From an uncultured Methanosarcinales archaeon (lineage in GTDB: Archaea > Nanobdellota > Nanobdellia > Woesearchaeales > DSVV01), in contig CAYXZQ010000003.1 of the NCBI GenBank assembly GCA_964469935.1, positions 1-63,294 of the forward strand: a DNA stretch of 63,294 bases, written 5' to 3'. Under the pieces are notes generated by a model that was given only the letters and a program-made list of their open reading frames with translations, made no database searches and was not told where the DNA came from. This document shows positions 34,191 through 44,034 of the stretch, piece by piece; positions within the stretch are counted from its first letter, which is position 1; every line of letters starts with the position of its first letter. Position numbers and translations under genes: made by a program.

Positions 34191-34852
34191 CAGCCAATCA
34201 CCTTCCTAAGGAAGCATCCCTGCCCATAGGGCCTCTTCTGATAATGCCTCTTCGCGTGATCGACAATAAGGGCGTGGTACTCGTTGAATACCCTCTCATC
34301 ATGCTTCAGGTTGTCCATAAACAGTTTCTGGATATCATCATAGGATGAATCTTCTTTTACAAGACCAAGGTATGCAAATATTCTCCTGGTGTAGGCATCC
34401 ACCACGAAGAAGGGTTTCCTGTATGCATACAGGAGTATGGAGTCGGCTGTCTCAGGGCCGATCCCCCAGACAGAGAGGAGCTCTTCCCTTGAAGGAGCCT
34501 TTCCATTCAGGCCTATGTAGAATTCGGAAAACAGCTTCAGCTTCTTTGCCTTCTGGTTGAAGTATCCTGCAGGCCGTATCATGGCACTGAGCTTATCCAC
34601 TCGTATTCCGGATATCTTCTTTGGGTCCAGGCTGCCTGACACCTTCAGGTTCAGTAGGGCCTTCTCGACATTCTTCCAGGCGGTGTTCTGGGTAAGAATC
34701 GCGCCTGTGCATATCTCGAACACATCAGCCTCGTCTCTCGGAGCGTCGACTCCGTATTCAGATTTCCCCTTCTCAAGGCTGACGATGGGCCACCATCCCT
34801 GGGGGCCGTATGCCCAAAGCATTGCATTGTATATCTTCATCAGACTACCCAT
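34190..34852 (-). CDS. HhH-GPD superfamily DNA glycosylase (endonuclease III-related)
   Basis: YGPQGWWP...ICTGAILTQNTAWKNVEKAL...VWGIGPETADSILLYA. Confidence 0.7.
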   Translation of the reverse strand: MGSLMKIYNAMLWAYGPQGWWPIVSLEKGKSEYGVDAPRDEADVFEICTGAILTQNTAWKNVEKALLNLKVSGSLDPKKISGIRVDKLSAMIRPAGYFNQKAKKLKLFSEFYIGLNGKAPSREELLSVWGIGPETADSILLYAYRKPFFVVDAYTRRIFAYLGLVKEDSSYDDIQKLFMDNLKHDERVFNEYHALIVDHAKRHYQKRPYGQGCFLRKVIG

Positions 34853-34891
34853 TCAGATGAGGTTTCTGCTGCCATTTATTAATATAGCCTA

Positions 34892-37075
34892 TCAGAGCCT
34901 CTTCGCCCTGAGAAGAAGCGAGTTAGAGACAACTGAGACAGAGCTCAGCGCCATTGCGCTTCCTGCAATCATCGGGTTGAGAAGCCAGCCTGTCAATGGA
35001 TACAGGACACCGGCTGCTATCGGGATACCCAGTGTGTTGTAGAAGAGCGCCCAGAACATGTTCTGCCTGATCTTCGACATGGTCATGCGCGAGAGCCTGA
35101 TTGCCCTTGCAACATCCATCAGGTCGTCTTTCATGAGCACGATGTCACCTGTCTCCATGGCGACGTCCGTGCCTGAGCCCATCGCGATGCCGACGTCTGC
35201 CTGTGCAAGCGCCGGCGCGTCATTTATGCCGTCACCCACCATGCAGACAGCACCGTCCGCCTGCATGTTCTTAACGTATCCTGCCTTTTCCTCAGGCATC
35301 ACGCCTGCGAAGAATTCGTCGATGCCGGCTTTCTCTGCCACCGCCCTTGCCGTCCTCTCGTTGTCGCCTGTTATCATGCAGACCCTGAGACCCATTCCCC
35401 TTAGCTCTCTTATTGCGTCTGCTGAGGTCTCCTTGATCCTGTCGGCGACAGCGACCAGCCCGAGCACTTCACTGCCGGATGCGAGCACCATGACTGTCTT
35501 GCCCTCCCCTTCGAGACGGGAGATATCCTTCTCCTGTGCAGACAGGTCCACATGATTGACGTGCATCAGCCTGGAATTCCCGAGAAAGTATCTCTTCTTC
35601 CCGACAGAAGCGGTCACGCCCTGGCCTGGGACTGCCTTAAATCCATATACCTTCTCAAGCTTCACGCCCGCCTCATCAGCCCTGTTCAAAATCGCCTCGG
35701 CAAGAGGGTGCTCGCTGCCCTTCTCTATCGCTCCTGACAGGGAAAGCAGCCTTTTCTTGCTGATGCCGGCAGTGATTAGGTCAGTCACGGCAGGCCTTCC
35801 TGTCGTGACAGTGCCGGTCTTGTCAAGTATTATTATGTCCGTCCTGTGGGCTGTCTCGAGCGCCTCACCGCCTTTGATGAGTATCCCGCTCCTTGCACCC
35901 TTTCCAGAGCCAACCATTATAGCGGTCGGCGTCGCAAGCCCGAGCGCGCAGGGGCATGCTATGACGAGCACTGCGACGCCTGCAGTCAGCGCGAAGCTGA
36001 ATTCAGAACCGAATACCGCGAACCACGCGATGAATGTGACTGCCGCAATCGCCATGACTATGGGGACAAAATAAGCCGCGACCGTATCTGCAAACCTCTG
36101 GATCGGCGCCTTTGAGCCCTGTGCATCCTGGACAAGCCTGATTATCCTCGCAAGGGTCGTGTTCTCACCTACCTTTGTCGCGCGGAACTCGAACATCCCT
36201 GTCCTGTTGATCGTCCCTCCTGTGATGGGGCTTCCCTTCTTCTTCTCAACGGGCATGCTCTCGCCAGTCACCATGCTCTCGTCGACAGATGATGTGCCTT
36301 TCGTTATGATGCCATCGACAGGGACTTTCTCTCCTGGCTTCACGATAACTATGTCTCCTGCAAGGATGTCATCCACCATTACCCTTGCCTCCTTGCCGCC
36401 CCTCACGACAATGGCCTCCTTCGGCGACAGTCCCACGAGGCTGCTTATCGCATCGCTCGTCCTTGCCTTGGCCTTCTCCTCGAGCAGCCTACCGAGCAAA
36501 ATTATTGTTATCAGCACTGAGCTTGCCTCAAAATACACGTGGCTTCCGCCTGTGAGCACGGAATATGCGCTGTAGAAGTAGGCAGCGGACGTGCCGAGCA
36601 CGACCAGGGTGTCCATGTCAGCTGAAAAACCCTTAAGGGAAGCGAACGCGCTCCTGTAGAGCGGGAATGCGACTATGAACTGCACAGGGGTCGCAAGGGC
36701 CCACATGATGACGTCCTTGTAGGGTATAGGGTTTTTTGCATAGAACATGGCAAGGATGAAAATGGGTATCGAGAGCACGGCGCCTGCCAGGAACCTTATC
36801 AGCAATTCCCTCTGCTCCTTCTTCCTTGCAAGCCTGTCCTTGTTCAGGTCCAGCCTCTCGTCAGCGAGCCTTGCTGAAAACCCCTTCTTCTCGACCGCCT
36901 TTATCAGGTCCTGCAGGGTTGCCTTGCTGTCATGCTCAATCGTCGCCTTCCTTGTTGCAAGGTTGACATTCGCATAGCTGACCCCTTCAGTCCCTTTAAG
37001 GGACTTAGTTATGTTCGCGACACAGCTAGCGCAGTGCATTCCATCTATATCCAGCGTTGTTCTGCTCATATCCAT
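34892..37075 (-). CDS. copA: copper-translocating P-type ATPase
   Basis: [40 protein letters not shown]. Confidence 0.9.
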   Translation of the reverse strand: MDMSRTTLDIDGMHCASCVANITKSLKGTEGVSYANVNLATRKATIEHDSKATLQDLIKAVEKKGFSARLADERLDLNKDRLARKKEQRELLIRFLAGAVLSIPIFILAMFYAKNPIPYKDVIMWALATPVQFIVAFPLYRSAFASLKGFSADMDTLVVLGTSAAYFYSAYSVLTGGSHVYFEASSVLITIILLGRLLEEKAKARTSDAISSLVGLSPKEAIVVRGGKEARVMVDDILAGDIVIVKPGEKVPVDGIITKGTSSVDESMVTGESMPVEKKKGSPITGGTINRTGMFEFRATKVGENTTLARIIRLVQDAQGSKAPIQRFADTVAAYFVPIVMAIAAVTFIAWFAVFGSEFSFALTAGVAVLVIACPCALGLATPTAIMVGSGKGARSGILIKGGEALETAHRTDIIILDKTGTVTTGRPAVTDLITAGISKKRLLSLSGAIEKGSEHPLAEAILNRADEAGVKLEKVYGFKAVPGQGVTASVGKKRYFLGNSRLMHVNHVDLSAQEKDISRLEGEGKTVMVLASGSEVLGLVAVADRIKETSADAIRELRGMGLRVCMITGDNERTARAVAEKAGIDEFFAGVMPEEKAGYVKNMQADGAVCMVGDGINDAPALAQADVGIAMGSGTDVAMETGDIVLMKDDLMDVARAIRLSRMTMSKIRQNMFWALFYNTLGIPIAAGVLYPLTGWLLNPMIAGSAMALSSVSVVSNSLLLRAKRL

Positions 37076-37148
37076 ATAGTACCCCTCAGTGCTTTTAATT
37101 ATTTTCCATTGTAATGTTAAACAAGCCCTTTAATCGGACAGGGCTGGC

Positions 37149-38582
37149 TCATCCCCCGCATCCACACGTCCCGTGGGGCTGCTCTGGCACAGAGTCCAGC
37201 TCCTGCTGGACAGCTGACTGGTCGTCCAGGTCTATGTCATCCTTTACGATGAATGTGCCGGGTATCATCCCCATCCAGCAGCTCCATCTTATGGTCCCCG
37301 CCTTGTCAGGGGTGAAGGTTATGGTCTGATCGCCCTCGAGTATGTCGAACTTGAGACTGTAAGCAGGGACCTGTATCGCATCGTTGCAGCTGGTTATCTC
37401 CTTTCCGTCGATAATCCACCTGACCGGCACCCCTGTCTTCAGAACGAACTTGTCAGGCTCCCAACCATATCTCGTGACATTCATCCTTATAACCTGGTAG
37501 CCGTCCTCGAGCGTGGTCGACTGTGCTGAACCAGAAGTTGAGTCAGCAGCAGAGACCCTGCCTATCATCGAGCCGAAATCATATCCGCTGCCGGTAAGCA
37601 CCAGGCCGTTGTTGAGCATGATGAGCCCGAGCAGTATGACCACTGCGCCCGACAGCTTCAGTATCTTCTGGGTGAGCTTTCCCGAGACGAACCCTGCAAA
37701 ATACCCGAATCCTATCATCACAGGCAGGGTCCCGAGAGCAAACACGAACAGGAGCTTGGCGCCTTCGACCATCGAGCCTGTTCCTGCTGCCATTATGTAT
37801 ATGGCCTGCAGGGGCCCGCAGGCGATCATCAGGCCGTTTAGAAGCCCTGTCGCCAGAGGTGTCGAATTCTTCTGCATCCCGGAACCTGCAAGCCTGCTTA
37901 AGAACCTAGGTGTCCGGATCATGAATCTCCTGAGCACGGGGAATATGTTGAGCATCCGGAGCCCGAAGAGCATCAGGAAGATGCCTGCAAGTATCCCAGC
38001 GATGCCCCGAAGCATCGGCGTGAAAGCTATTATCGAGCCGAGGAGTCCGAAGCATGCACCGATCAGCGTATACGAGACAAGCTTTCCTGCCCCATACATG
38101 ATGTGCGACCTGTGGGATTTCCTGCCCTTCTGTGCGTCCTCTGCCGTATAGTTTATGACAAACCCGCCGCACATGCTTATGCAGTGGAATCCTGTCAGCA
38201 GGCCGACAAGGAACAGCAGCCCGTATCCCATGCCCTGGCTTATCTTCGGGAAGGTAACGCTGTCGGCGATGTTGAACAGGAAGTACCCTGCCACAAGCAC
38301 CCCTATTATGCCGAATACCCAGCCCTGGACCTTTCTTCTCCTTTCTCCCGCACCGTCGCCCGGCGAACTGTCCAGGATGAAGCCCGTGTAGCCCTTCTCC
38401 TCAATCTTCGACAGTATCTCGTCGATGTCTGTCTTCTTCTCGTCAAAGGTAACATAGCCTGTCTCTGTCGCCAGGTCGAACGTGACCTCCTTGACTCCCT
38501 TGACTTTCTGCGCCTGCGCCAAAACCTGCTTTTCGCAATTTTCGCAGGACGTCCCTTCGATTATGAATCCCTGTGTCTCCAT
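37149..38582 (-). CDS. HMA-domain / TauE-DsbD_2-like membrane / C-terminal cupredoxin-like fusion protein
   Basis: N-terminal EGTSCENCEKQV HMA fold, 6-7 TM core with CISMCGG, and a C-terminal beta domain ending ...WSCWMGMIPG plus CGCGG. Confidence 0.6.
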   Translation of the reverse strand: METQGFIIEGTSCENCEKQVLAQAQKVKGVKEVTFDLATETGYVTFDEKKTDIDEILSKIEEKGYTGFILDSSPGDGAGERRRKVQGWVFGIIGVLVAGYFLFNIADSVTFPKISQGMGYGLLFLVGLLTGFHCISMCGGFVINYTAEDAQKGRKSHRSHIMYGAGKLVSYTLIGACFGLLGSIIAFTPMLRGIAGILAGIFLMLFGLRMLNIFPVLRRFMIRTPRFLSRLAGSGMQKNSTPLATGLLNGLMIACGPLQAIYIMAAGTGSMVEGAKLLFVFALGTLPVMIGFGYFAGFVSGKLTQKILKLSGAVVILLGLIMLNNGLVLTGSGYDFGSMIGRVSAADSTSGSAQSTTLEDGYQVIRMNVTRYGWEPDKFVLKTGVPVRWIIDGKEITSCNDAIQVPAYSLKFDILEGDQTITFTPDKAGTIRWSCWMGMIPGTFIVKDDIDLDDQSAVQQELDSVPEQPHGTCGCGG

Positions 38583-38807
38583 GTTCTCAGCCTCGCAAAA
38601 ATACAGGTTCCAGTGGATGAGGTCCCATATTAATCATCCGGCGACAAATTCCGGGCAGGGAATGTTCAGGAAGCGCGAATTCGCAGGGTAGACTGTTTAA
38701 GGAGCATTTTTTCAGGCAGGGACAACGCATGCCAAAGATGGGCTGAAAATGAAAAATTTTAATAATCCTGATACCTTACCTGAACTGAACACAGGGGGTG
38801 GTGAGAG

Positions 38808-38990
38808 ATGGAAAAGAACGTAGGTACTGTCGACAGGATAGTGAGAGTGGTCCTGGCAGCTGTCGTGGCCTATTTCGGCTATGTCTATACGCCATGGTTG
38901 TACATAATATCGCTCGTCCTGCTCGGGACAGCGCTGATGGGCACCTGCCTGCTCTACAAGCCTTTCGGGATAAACACTGCAAAGAAATGA
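38808..38990 (+). CDS. DUF2892 (YgaP-like) small membrane protein
   Basis: MEKNVGTVDRIVRVVLAAVVAYFGY...LGTALMGTCLLYKPFGINT. Confidence 0.7.
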   Translation: MEKNVGTVDRIVRVVLAAVVAYFGYVYTPWLYIISLVLLGTALMGTCLLYKPFGINTAKK

Positions 38991-39083
38991 TGAGGATAGC
39001 TTCAGCCAGAATTGAAGTCTTGGACAGGTTTATATACATGGGTGCCCACCATGCCTTGGTATGAACAAGCATTATACGAGGTG

Positions 39084-40274
39084 ATGCATGTGAAAAGAGA
39101 AAATATTATCGCCATATTGATATTTATTGCAACTTTGCTTTATGGGTGCACAGGAAATCCGGGAACCATAGGAGGTCAGAAGGACGTACATGGCTGCCTG
39201 ACTGCTGCCGGATATTCATGGGATACGGATGTCGGCGCCTGCACCAGGAGCTGGGAGATCACAGGCGACCTGAGGAAAGCCGCAGGGATCGCAGTTGCTC
39301 CCCTGAGCTACCCGGTGACCGTGGTCTCAGTAGAGAAGCAGGACTGCGATGGATGCTATGTCGTCGAGCTCCAGAGGAATGACAACCATGCTTTCCAGAA
39401 CATCACGCTTGCAGGATGGAGCGTGAAACCAGCCACCTGCGGGCAATGCCCCGAGCTTGTCCCGCCTGCGCCGGGATTCTGCGCAAACGGCACTGTTGTC
39501 CCGGGAGAGATGGACTTGTGCGGATGCAGGGGCCCTCCGAAATGCCTTGTCGCCTGCACTGAGGAGGCCAAGATATGCCCTGACGGCACTGCAGTCGGGA
39601 GGAACCCGGCAAATAACTGCGAGTTCGTGCCCTGCCCGCCTGCTGGCAACGAATCAGGACTAGCCAACCCAGCATCAGTATTCTGCGAAAAGACAGGTGG
39701 AAAGCTCGAGATAAGGGACGAACCGGGCGGCCAAGCCGGCTACTGTGTATTCAGAGACGGCTCAGAATGCGACGAATGGGCTTATTTCAGAGGAGAATGT
39801 CCCGCGCCCCATAACTGCACAGCAGAGGAGAAGCAGGCAGAGATCTGCCCGATGATATACGCGCCGGTATGCGGCGACGACGGCTTGACATACCCAAACA
39901 GCTGCCAGGCATGCTCAGGCGGCAAGATAGATGCATGGAAATCCGGGGAGTGCCCGAACATGACTTACGTAAGCAGGGACCCACAGGAGTGCAAAGTCAT
40001 CAAATTCCTCTGCGTCCAGGGAAAAGAGCCTTTCACAGACGAGTTCGGCTGCGGGTGCAGGACTGCAGCATCATCAACAGAGACAAAGAATTTCTGCACA
40101 CCTGACGAGCGCGACCAGCTGTGCACACAGGAGCATGTACCTGCCTGCGGCTGGTGGAACGAGAGCATAAAGTGCATCAGGTATCCTTGCGCGATGACCT
40201 ACGGCAATAAGTGCATGGCATGCGCAGACCCGAAGGTCGCGTACTGGACAGACGGCGACTGCCCGGCAGGATAG
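39084..40274 (+). CDS. Cys-rich putative lipoprotein with DUF333-like and Kazal-type inhibitor-like modules
   Basis: GAGGTG directly before ATG 39084. Signal plus LLYGC. ANPASVFCEKTGGKLEIRDEPGGQAGYCVFRDGSECDEWAYFRGEC is DUF333-like. CPMIYAPVCGDDGLTYPNSCQAC is a Kazal signature. Confidence 0.6.
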   Translation: MHVKRENIIAILIFIATLLYGCTGNPGTIGGQKDVHGCLTAAGYSWDTDVGACTRSWEITGDLRKAAGIAVAPLSYPVTVVSVEKQDCDGCYVVELQRNDNHAFQNITLAGWSVKPATCGQCPELVPPAPGFCANGTVVPGEMDLCGCRGPPKCLVACTEEAKICPDGTAVGRNPANNCEFVPCPPAGNESGLANPASVFCEKTGGKLEIRDEPGGQAGYCVFRDGSECDEWAYFRGECPAPHNCTAEEKQAEICPMIYAPVCGDDGLTYPNSCQACSGGKIDAWKSGECPNMTYVSRDPQECKVIKFLCVQGKEPFTDEFGCGCRTAASSTETKNFCTPDERDQLCTQEHVPACGWWNESIKCIRYPCAMTYGNKCMACADPKVAYWTDGDCPAG

Positions 40275-40300
40275 AAATTTTCTTTCTTTTTTTTATAAAT

Positions 40301-40849
40301 TCAGAACCTTTTCCTCAGATAGACCTTGTTCGTTCTGCCTGATTCCTTCCGTGAAATTATCTCCCTCTCCTCAAGGGACTTCAAAAGAAGCGACAGCCCT
40401 GCCTTGGACATGCCTGTCCTGTACCTCAGCGTGGACTGCAGGATTCCGTCCTGCTCCCTGACAGCGCCGAGGACCTTCTGTTCGTCTGCATTGAAACCTG
40501 AGAGGAATGCATGGAACCTCTCATCCTTCTTAGCCTCGAGAAGCGCAGAGGAGACCCTCTCGTGCTGTTCGAATAGAACCTTCTGCGTCCTGTCAAATAC
40601 CATCAGGTAGATTCCGAGAAGCACAAGTCCGAAAGCCAGCGCCCCGCCGAATACATATGTCCCCATGCTCTGCTGTGCATGCAGGCATGTGCCGTCATCA
40701 AGGTAGCATGAGCCTGTCTCCATTATTATGTTGTTTATGTACCAGTTCTCCCTTGCTTTTGCCATGTAGACGAACACGCCGAGGAGTACCCCGATGATGA
40801 GGATTATTGCGCCGATGTGCTTCTGGTTCATGGGGAATGGGGACCGCAC
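40301..40849 (-). CDS. membrane-anchored winged-HTH regulator
   Basis: Two TM helices flank a Cys-containing loop (GSCYLDDGTCLH). C-terminal EQKVLGAVREQDGILQSTLRYRTGMSKAGLSLLLKSLEEREIISR. Paralogue of 60224..60709. Confidence 0.5.
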   Translation of the reverse strand: MRSPFPMNQKHIGAIILIIGVLLGVFVYMAKARENWYINNIIMETGSCYLDDGTCLHAQQSMGTYVFGGALAFGLVLLGIYLMVFDRTQKVLFEQHERVSSALLEAKKDERFHAFLSGFNADEQKVLGAVREQDGILQSTLRYRTGMSKAGLSLLLKSLEEREIISRKESGRTNKVYLRKRF

Positions 40850-40902
40850 ATATGATATTTAAATTTATCCTGGCCATAACAAACTATGCAGGGTCACGGG
40901 AC

Positions 40903-41286
40903 TTAGCCAGAGGAACTCTTCATCTTCTTCAGGTTTGAAAGTATCTTCTTCTTCTGGGACTCGATGAGCTTTTCGTCAAGCATCGGATAGAAAGATTCAT
41001 CCTCCTCTTCCTTGTGCCTGATGAGCAATGCCTTGAGTCTTGAGAAATCCATCGAGCCTGTGCTATTGAGGTCATTTTTCAGCTTCCCTATCTGGCCGAG
41101 TATGGTCTTGTGCTCCCAGAACAGCCTCTTGACCTGGTTGAATGTCTCTATGTCGCAGCCGTCGAATATCGCCTTCTCCTCAAGGCCGAAATGGCTTTCC
41201 AGGACACCCTTGAGCTCTGAGAAAGTGATCTTGCCCGCCTCCAGGTCCTTCACTTTCCTCTCTATCAATTCATGCTCTGTTCTCAT
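40903..41286 (-). CDS. hemerythrin-like (HHE cation-binding) domain protein
   Basis: ESHFGLEEKAIF...WEHKTI...IRHKEEEDESFYPMLD has H/E ligand spacing. Trimmed to MRTEHEL. Confidence 0.5.
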   Translation of the reverse strand: MRTEHELIERKVKDLEAGKITFSELKGVLESHFGLEEKAIFDGCDIETFNQVKRLFWEHKTILGQIGKLKNDLNSTGSMDFSRLKALLIRHKEEEDESFYPMLDEKLIESQKKKILSNLKKMKSSSG

Positions 41287-41380
41287 GAAGTCGGAGATCC
41301 TTATGCCCACGTTCCAGCCCCTTTTATGCCGGCAATGCATTACAGATATATAAAACTTTCACCAGAGGGATGTCGGCATC

Positions 41381-42331
41381 CTACAGGATACGGGGCATGA
41401 ACTCTTCCTTGACGACCCTGTCAGAATCCACAATCCAGTATTTCGAGACCTGGAAATGCCTCCTTAAGTCCTTTATCACGTTCTCTGCCGGGTTTCTCTT
41501 CTCGACGACAAGCATAAGCTCATAGCTCCCTATTATCTTGAACGCTCCAGTGATGTTTTTGTGCCTCCTCGTGTAGTTGATTAGCTTGTCGATGCTACCG
41601 GTGTCCTCGTATGCGGGTTGCAGGAATATGTAGCTCCTCCTTATCGATGCCAGCTCGTAATTGAGGGTGGCAGTGTATTTCAGCACTACCTTCCTCGATT
41701 CCAGGTGCTTTTTCAAAAGCACTATGGTCTTCGGGTCAAGGCCGAGCTTCCTCGCTATGTTTATAAGAGGGGTTTTGGCGTTTTCATGCAGCATGCCCAT
41801 GACTTTATCCTGACGCTTGTTCAGCCTGAATATGTCCCTGTCTCCGCAGATTATTATCCCATCGTATTTAGGGTGCTCCACAAGATACTTGCGTTCGAAG
41901 AGATGCTTGACGATGACGACGAATATCCCGGACGCCTGCAGAAGCGACTTGTGCTTGTGCAGGAGCTCCCTGTGCTGTTTGTTGAAGAAAGACAGGTTCG
42001 GCACGCTGTATTCGACAAGGAGGTCTGCTCCCTGGCCTACCCTGTCGACTGTGATTATGTGGGGGTGTTTTATCAGGTCATCCATGAGGTCGGCTATCCT
42101 TCTCTCGCTGAAGCTGTTGAAATCGTAGAGGACATAGACGTTTATCAGGCCCAGCCTTGCAGGGTCGACTATTGCCCGGTAATCCCTTATCACTCGCCTG
42201 TTCTTGAGGGTGTTTACCATGTAGCTTGCAGCCTGCTGCTTCCTCCTCAGGTGCTGTCCCAGCTTCTTAGTGGTCATCCTGCAGTCCGCCGTCAGGTGGT
42301 AAAGAATTTTACCGATATTTTTCTCTTCCAT
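41381..42331 (-). CDS. tandem Lrp/AsnC-like regulator (two HTH plus ligand-domain units)
   Basis: IGKILYHLTADCRMTTKKLGQHL... and DKVMGMLHENAKTPLINIARKLGLDPKTIVLL... Start taken at MEEKNIG; the ORF extends to 42430. Confidence 0.5.
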   Translation of the reverse strand: MEEKNIGKILYHLTADCRMTTKKLGQHLRRKQQAASYMVNTLKNRRVIRDYRAIVDPARLGLINVYVLYDFNSFSERRIADLMDDLIKHPHIITVDRVGQGADLLVEYSVPNLSFFNKQHRELLHKHKSLLQASGIFVVIVKHLFERKYLVEHPKYDGIIICGDRDIFRLNKRQDKVMGMLHENAKTPLINIARKLGLDPKTIVLLKKHLESRKVVLKYTATLNYELASIRRSYIFLQPAYEDTGSIDKLINYTRRHKNITGAFKIIGSYELMLVVEKRNPAENVIKDLRRHFQVSKYWIVDSDRVVKEEFMPRIL

Positions 42332-42476
42332 TCTTGTTATAAATCCAATATAATATATAAATATTCCTGTTTTACTAAAATATTCACCCATAGTCTTATA
42401 AATCCTTCTTATATCCACTATGTCATTCATTCATGCATGTCAGAGCTAGGACAAAAAATTAAGAGGTAAAAACCTT

Positions 42477-43874
42477 ATGCAAAGAGCAGCTGCTAACAGG
42501 GAAATGGAAGTTTCCGGAACAGACCTTGAGAATATCCTCTCAACCCAGGCAGACATAGGAATACCCGGCAATCAGGCCAGGTACGAGACCCTGGAGATAA
42601 TGAAAAGCCGAAAAGAGCGCAATGCAGTCGTGATTCCCTCTACATACGAGGATGCCGTGGACAGCCGTACAGGTGCTATCAAGGACCCTCTAAGGAATTT
42701 TCTCGATGTCCTGAATGCCCTAAACAACCTGACAAGGGACAATGTCGAAGTGATCCTCGGGCTGGACACAGCTGACACTCGCGACAAATACTTCAATGTC
42801 GTCCGACAGACAATGGATGTTGCCAATCTCGAAGTCCAGCACAACACATCTCCCGAAATGATGAAGAAAAGGGAGATGTTCGAAAAGATGAATGGAGTCG
42901 CACTGGAGAACGGCAAAGGGACCAATCTGCACCTCATGTTCCAGAACCTCCACAGCAGAGGGCATGATTACAATGTCATGGTAGCCGATGCTGACATTCT
43001 CGCCCAGTATCTAAGGATAAGGGAGGTAGTGAACATGTTCGCAGGCATGGTCCATCCTGTCCTTGGAGGGGATTTTGTCAAGGCATACTACACCAGGATA
43101 ACAGGTGACGGGCAAGGAGGGATGAAGCTTGCGGGAAGGGTGATGCGCCTGCTCATGGATCCGCTCATCGATGCCATGATGAGGAATTTCAGCTCAGTCA
43201 GTCCCCTGGTGGCTACATATCTCGAATACTTCAGCAGGTTCCCCTACAAGCTGTCCGGAGAGATAGGCATAAGCTCAAGGAAGCACGGGAAATCCGGGAA
43301 GAATTTCTCTGACATGCCTCTACTTAAAGGATGGCCTCTGGAGGTCGGGACAATAGATTACCAGTTCAGGAACTCTCTTGAGGCACCCCTTTTCAGGGGA
43401 GAGCCGCAATATGCAGTAAGGCACGTGAAGTGGGAAGGCTTTGACCATGATCATGGCGACAGGCACAAGATGAAGAGAATGGCAAGAGGCATAATCAGGT
43501 CAAGGTTTGAGGCTTTGTACGAGCTCGATGTGATGGACGTATTCAAGCCGGGTAGGATCGTCAAGCTGGTCAATGATTACAGGAAAATCGCTTCTGATTA
43601 TGTCGTCAGGTACTCAAGCTTAAGCAGGGCGCAGGGCCTCTCGTATGACGTCAATAAGGAGAAGCGGAGCGTGGATGACTTTGCAAATCAGATATGGAAG
43701 GGGTATACGGATTTTTTAAACCAGCCCAGGAGCAACAGCCTGATCCCGCCGGTCTCTGAAGCGCCCATGGATTTCAGGGCAAGGGAGACAGAGAGAAAGG
43801 TCCCGCTCCAACCGGAAATCCTCATAGATCCTGCTGTCAACCAGCCCATGAGTGCCATGCATGCCTATGCGTGA
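42477..43874 (+). CDS. GT-A glycosyltransferase resembling glucosyl/mannosyl-3-phosphoglycerate synthases
   Basis: VVIPSTYED..., NGKGTNLHLMF, VMVADADILAQY, FVKAYYTRITGDGQGGMKLAGRVMRLLMDPLI parallels the GpgS DxD and GGRVTEL blocks. Confidence 0.4.
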   Translation: MQRAAANREMEVSGTDLENILSTQADIGIPGNQARYETLEIMKSRKERNAVVIPSTYEDAVDSRTGAIKDPLRNFLDVLNALNNLTRDNVEVILGLDTADTRDKYFNVVRQTMDVANLEVQHNTSPEMMKKREMFEKMNGVALENGKGTNLHLMFQNLHSRGHDYNVMVADADILAQYLRIREVVNMFAGMVHPVLGGDFVKAYYTRITGDGQGGMKLAGRVMRLLMDPLIDAMMRNFSSVSPLVATYLEYFSRFPYKLSGEIGISSRKHGKSGKNFSDMPLLKGWPLEVGTIDYQFRNSLEAPLFRGEPQYAVRHVKWEGFDHDHGDRHKMKRMARGIIRSRFEALYELDVMDVFKPGRIVKLVNDYRKIASDYVVRYSSLSRAQGLSYDVNKEKRSVDDFANQIWKGYTDFLNQPRSNSLIPPVSEAPMDFRARETERKVPLQPEILIDPAVNQPMSAMHAYA

Positions 43875-44034
43875 CTATGGATTTCTCAACATAAAAAACA
43901 GTAAGCTTTAAATAAAAACATTATTATTCTCTCTCTGCATGAGCAGAACTAACATATTCATCGTGGTGGTTTGAAAACAGCTCATCAGCCTTATTCTGGG
44001 GTGCATATCCGCATGTTCTCAGGATAAAAATGTC

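Noticed and set aside
35058-36575. Several 140-170-aa plus-strand ORFs inside copA, and similar ones at 37513-38633 inside the HMA-TauE gene
   Set aside because: Antisense shadows of strongly supported minus-strand genes, with Ser/Pro/Ala-rich composition.
41618-42469. 283-aa plus-strand ORF
   Set aside because: Antisense to the tandem Lrp-like gene, which shows two recognisable HTH units. The plus-strand translation is featureless.
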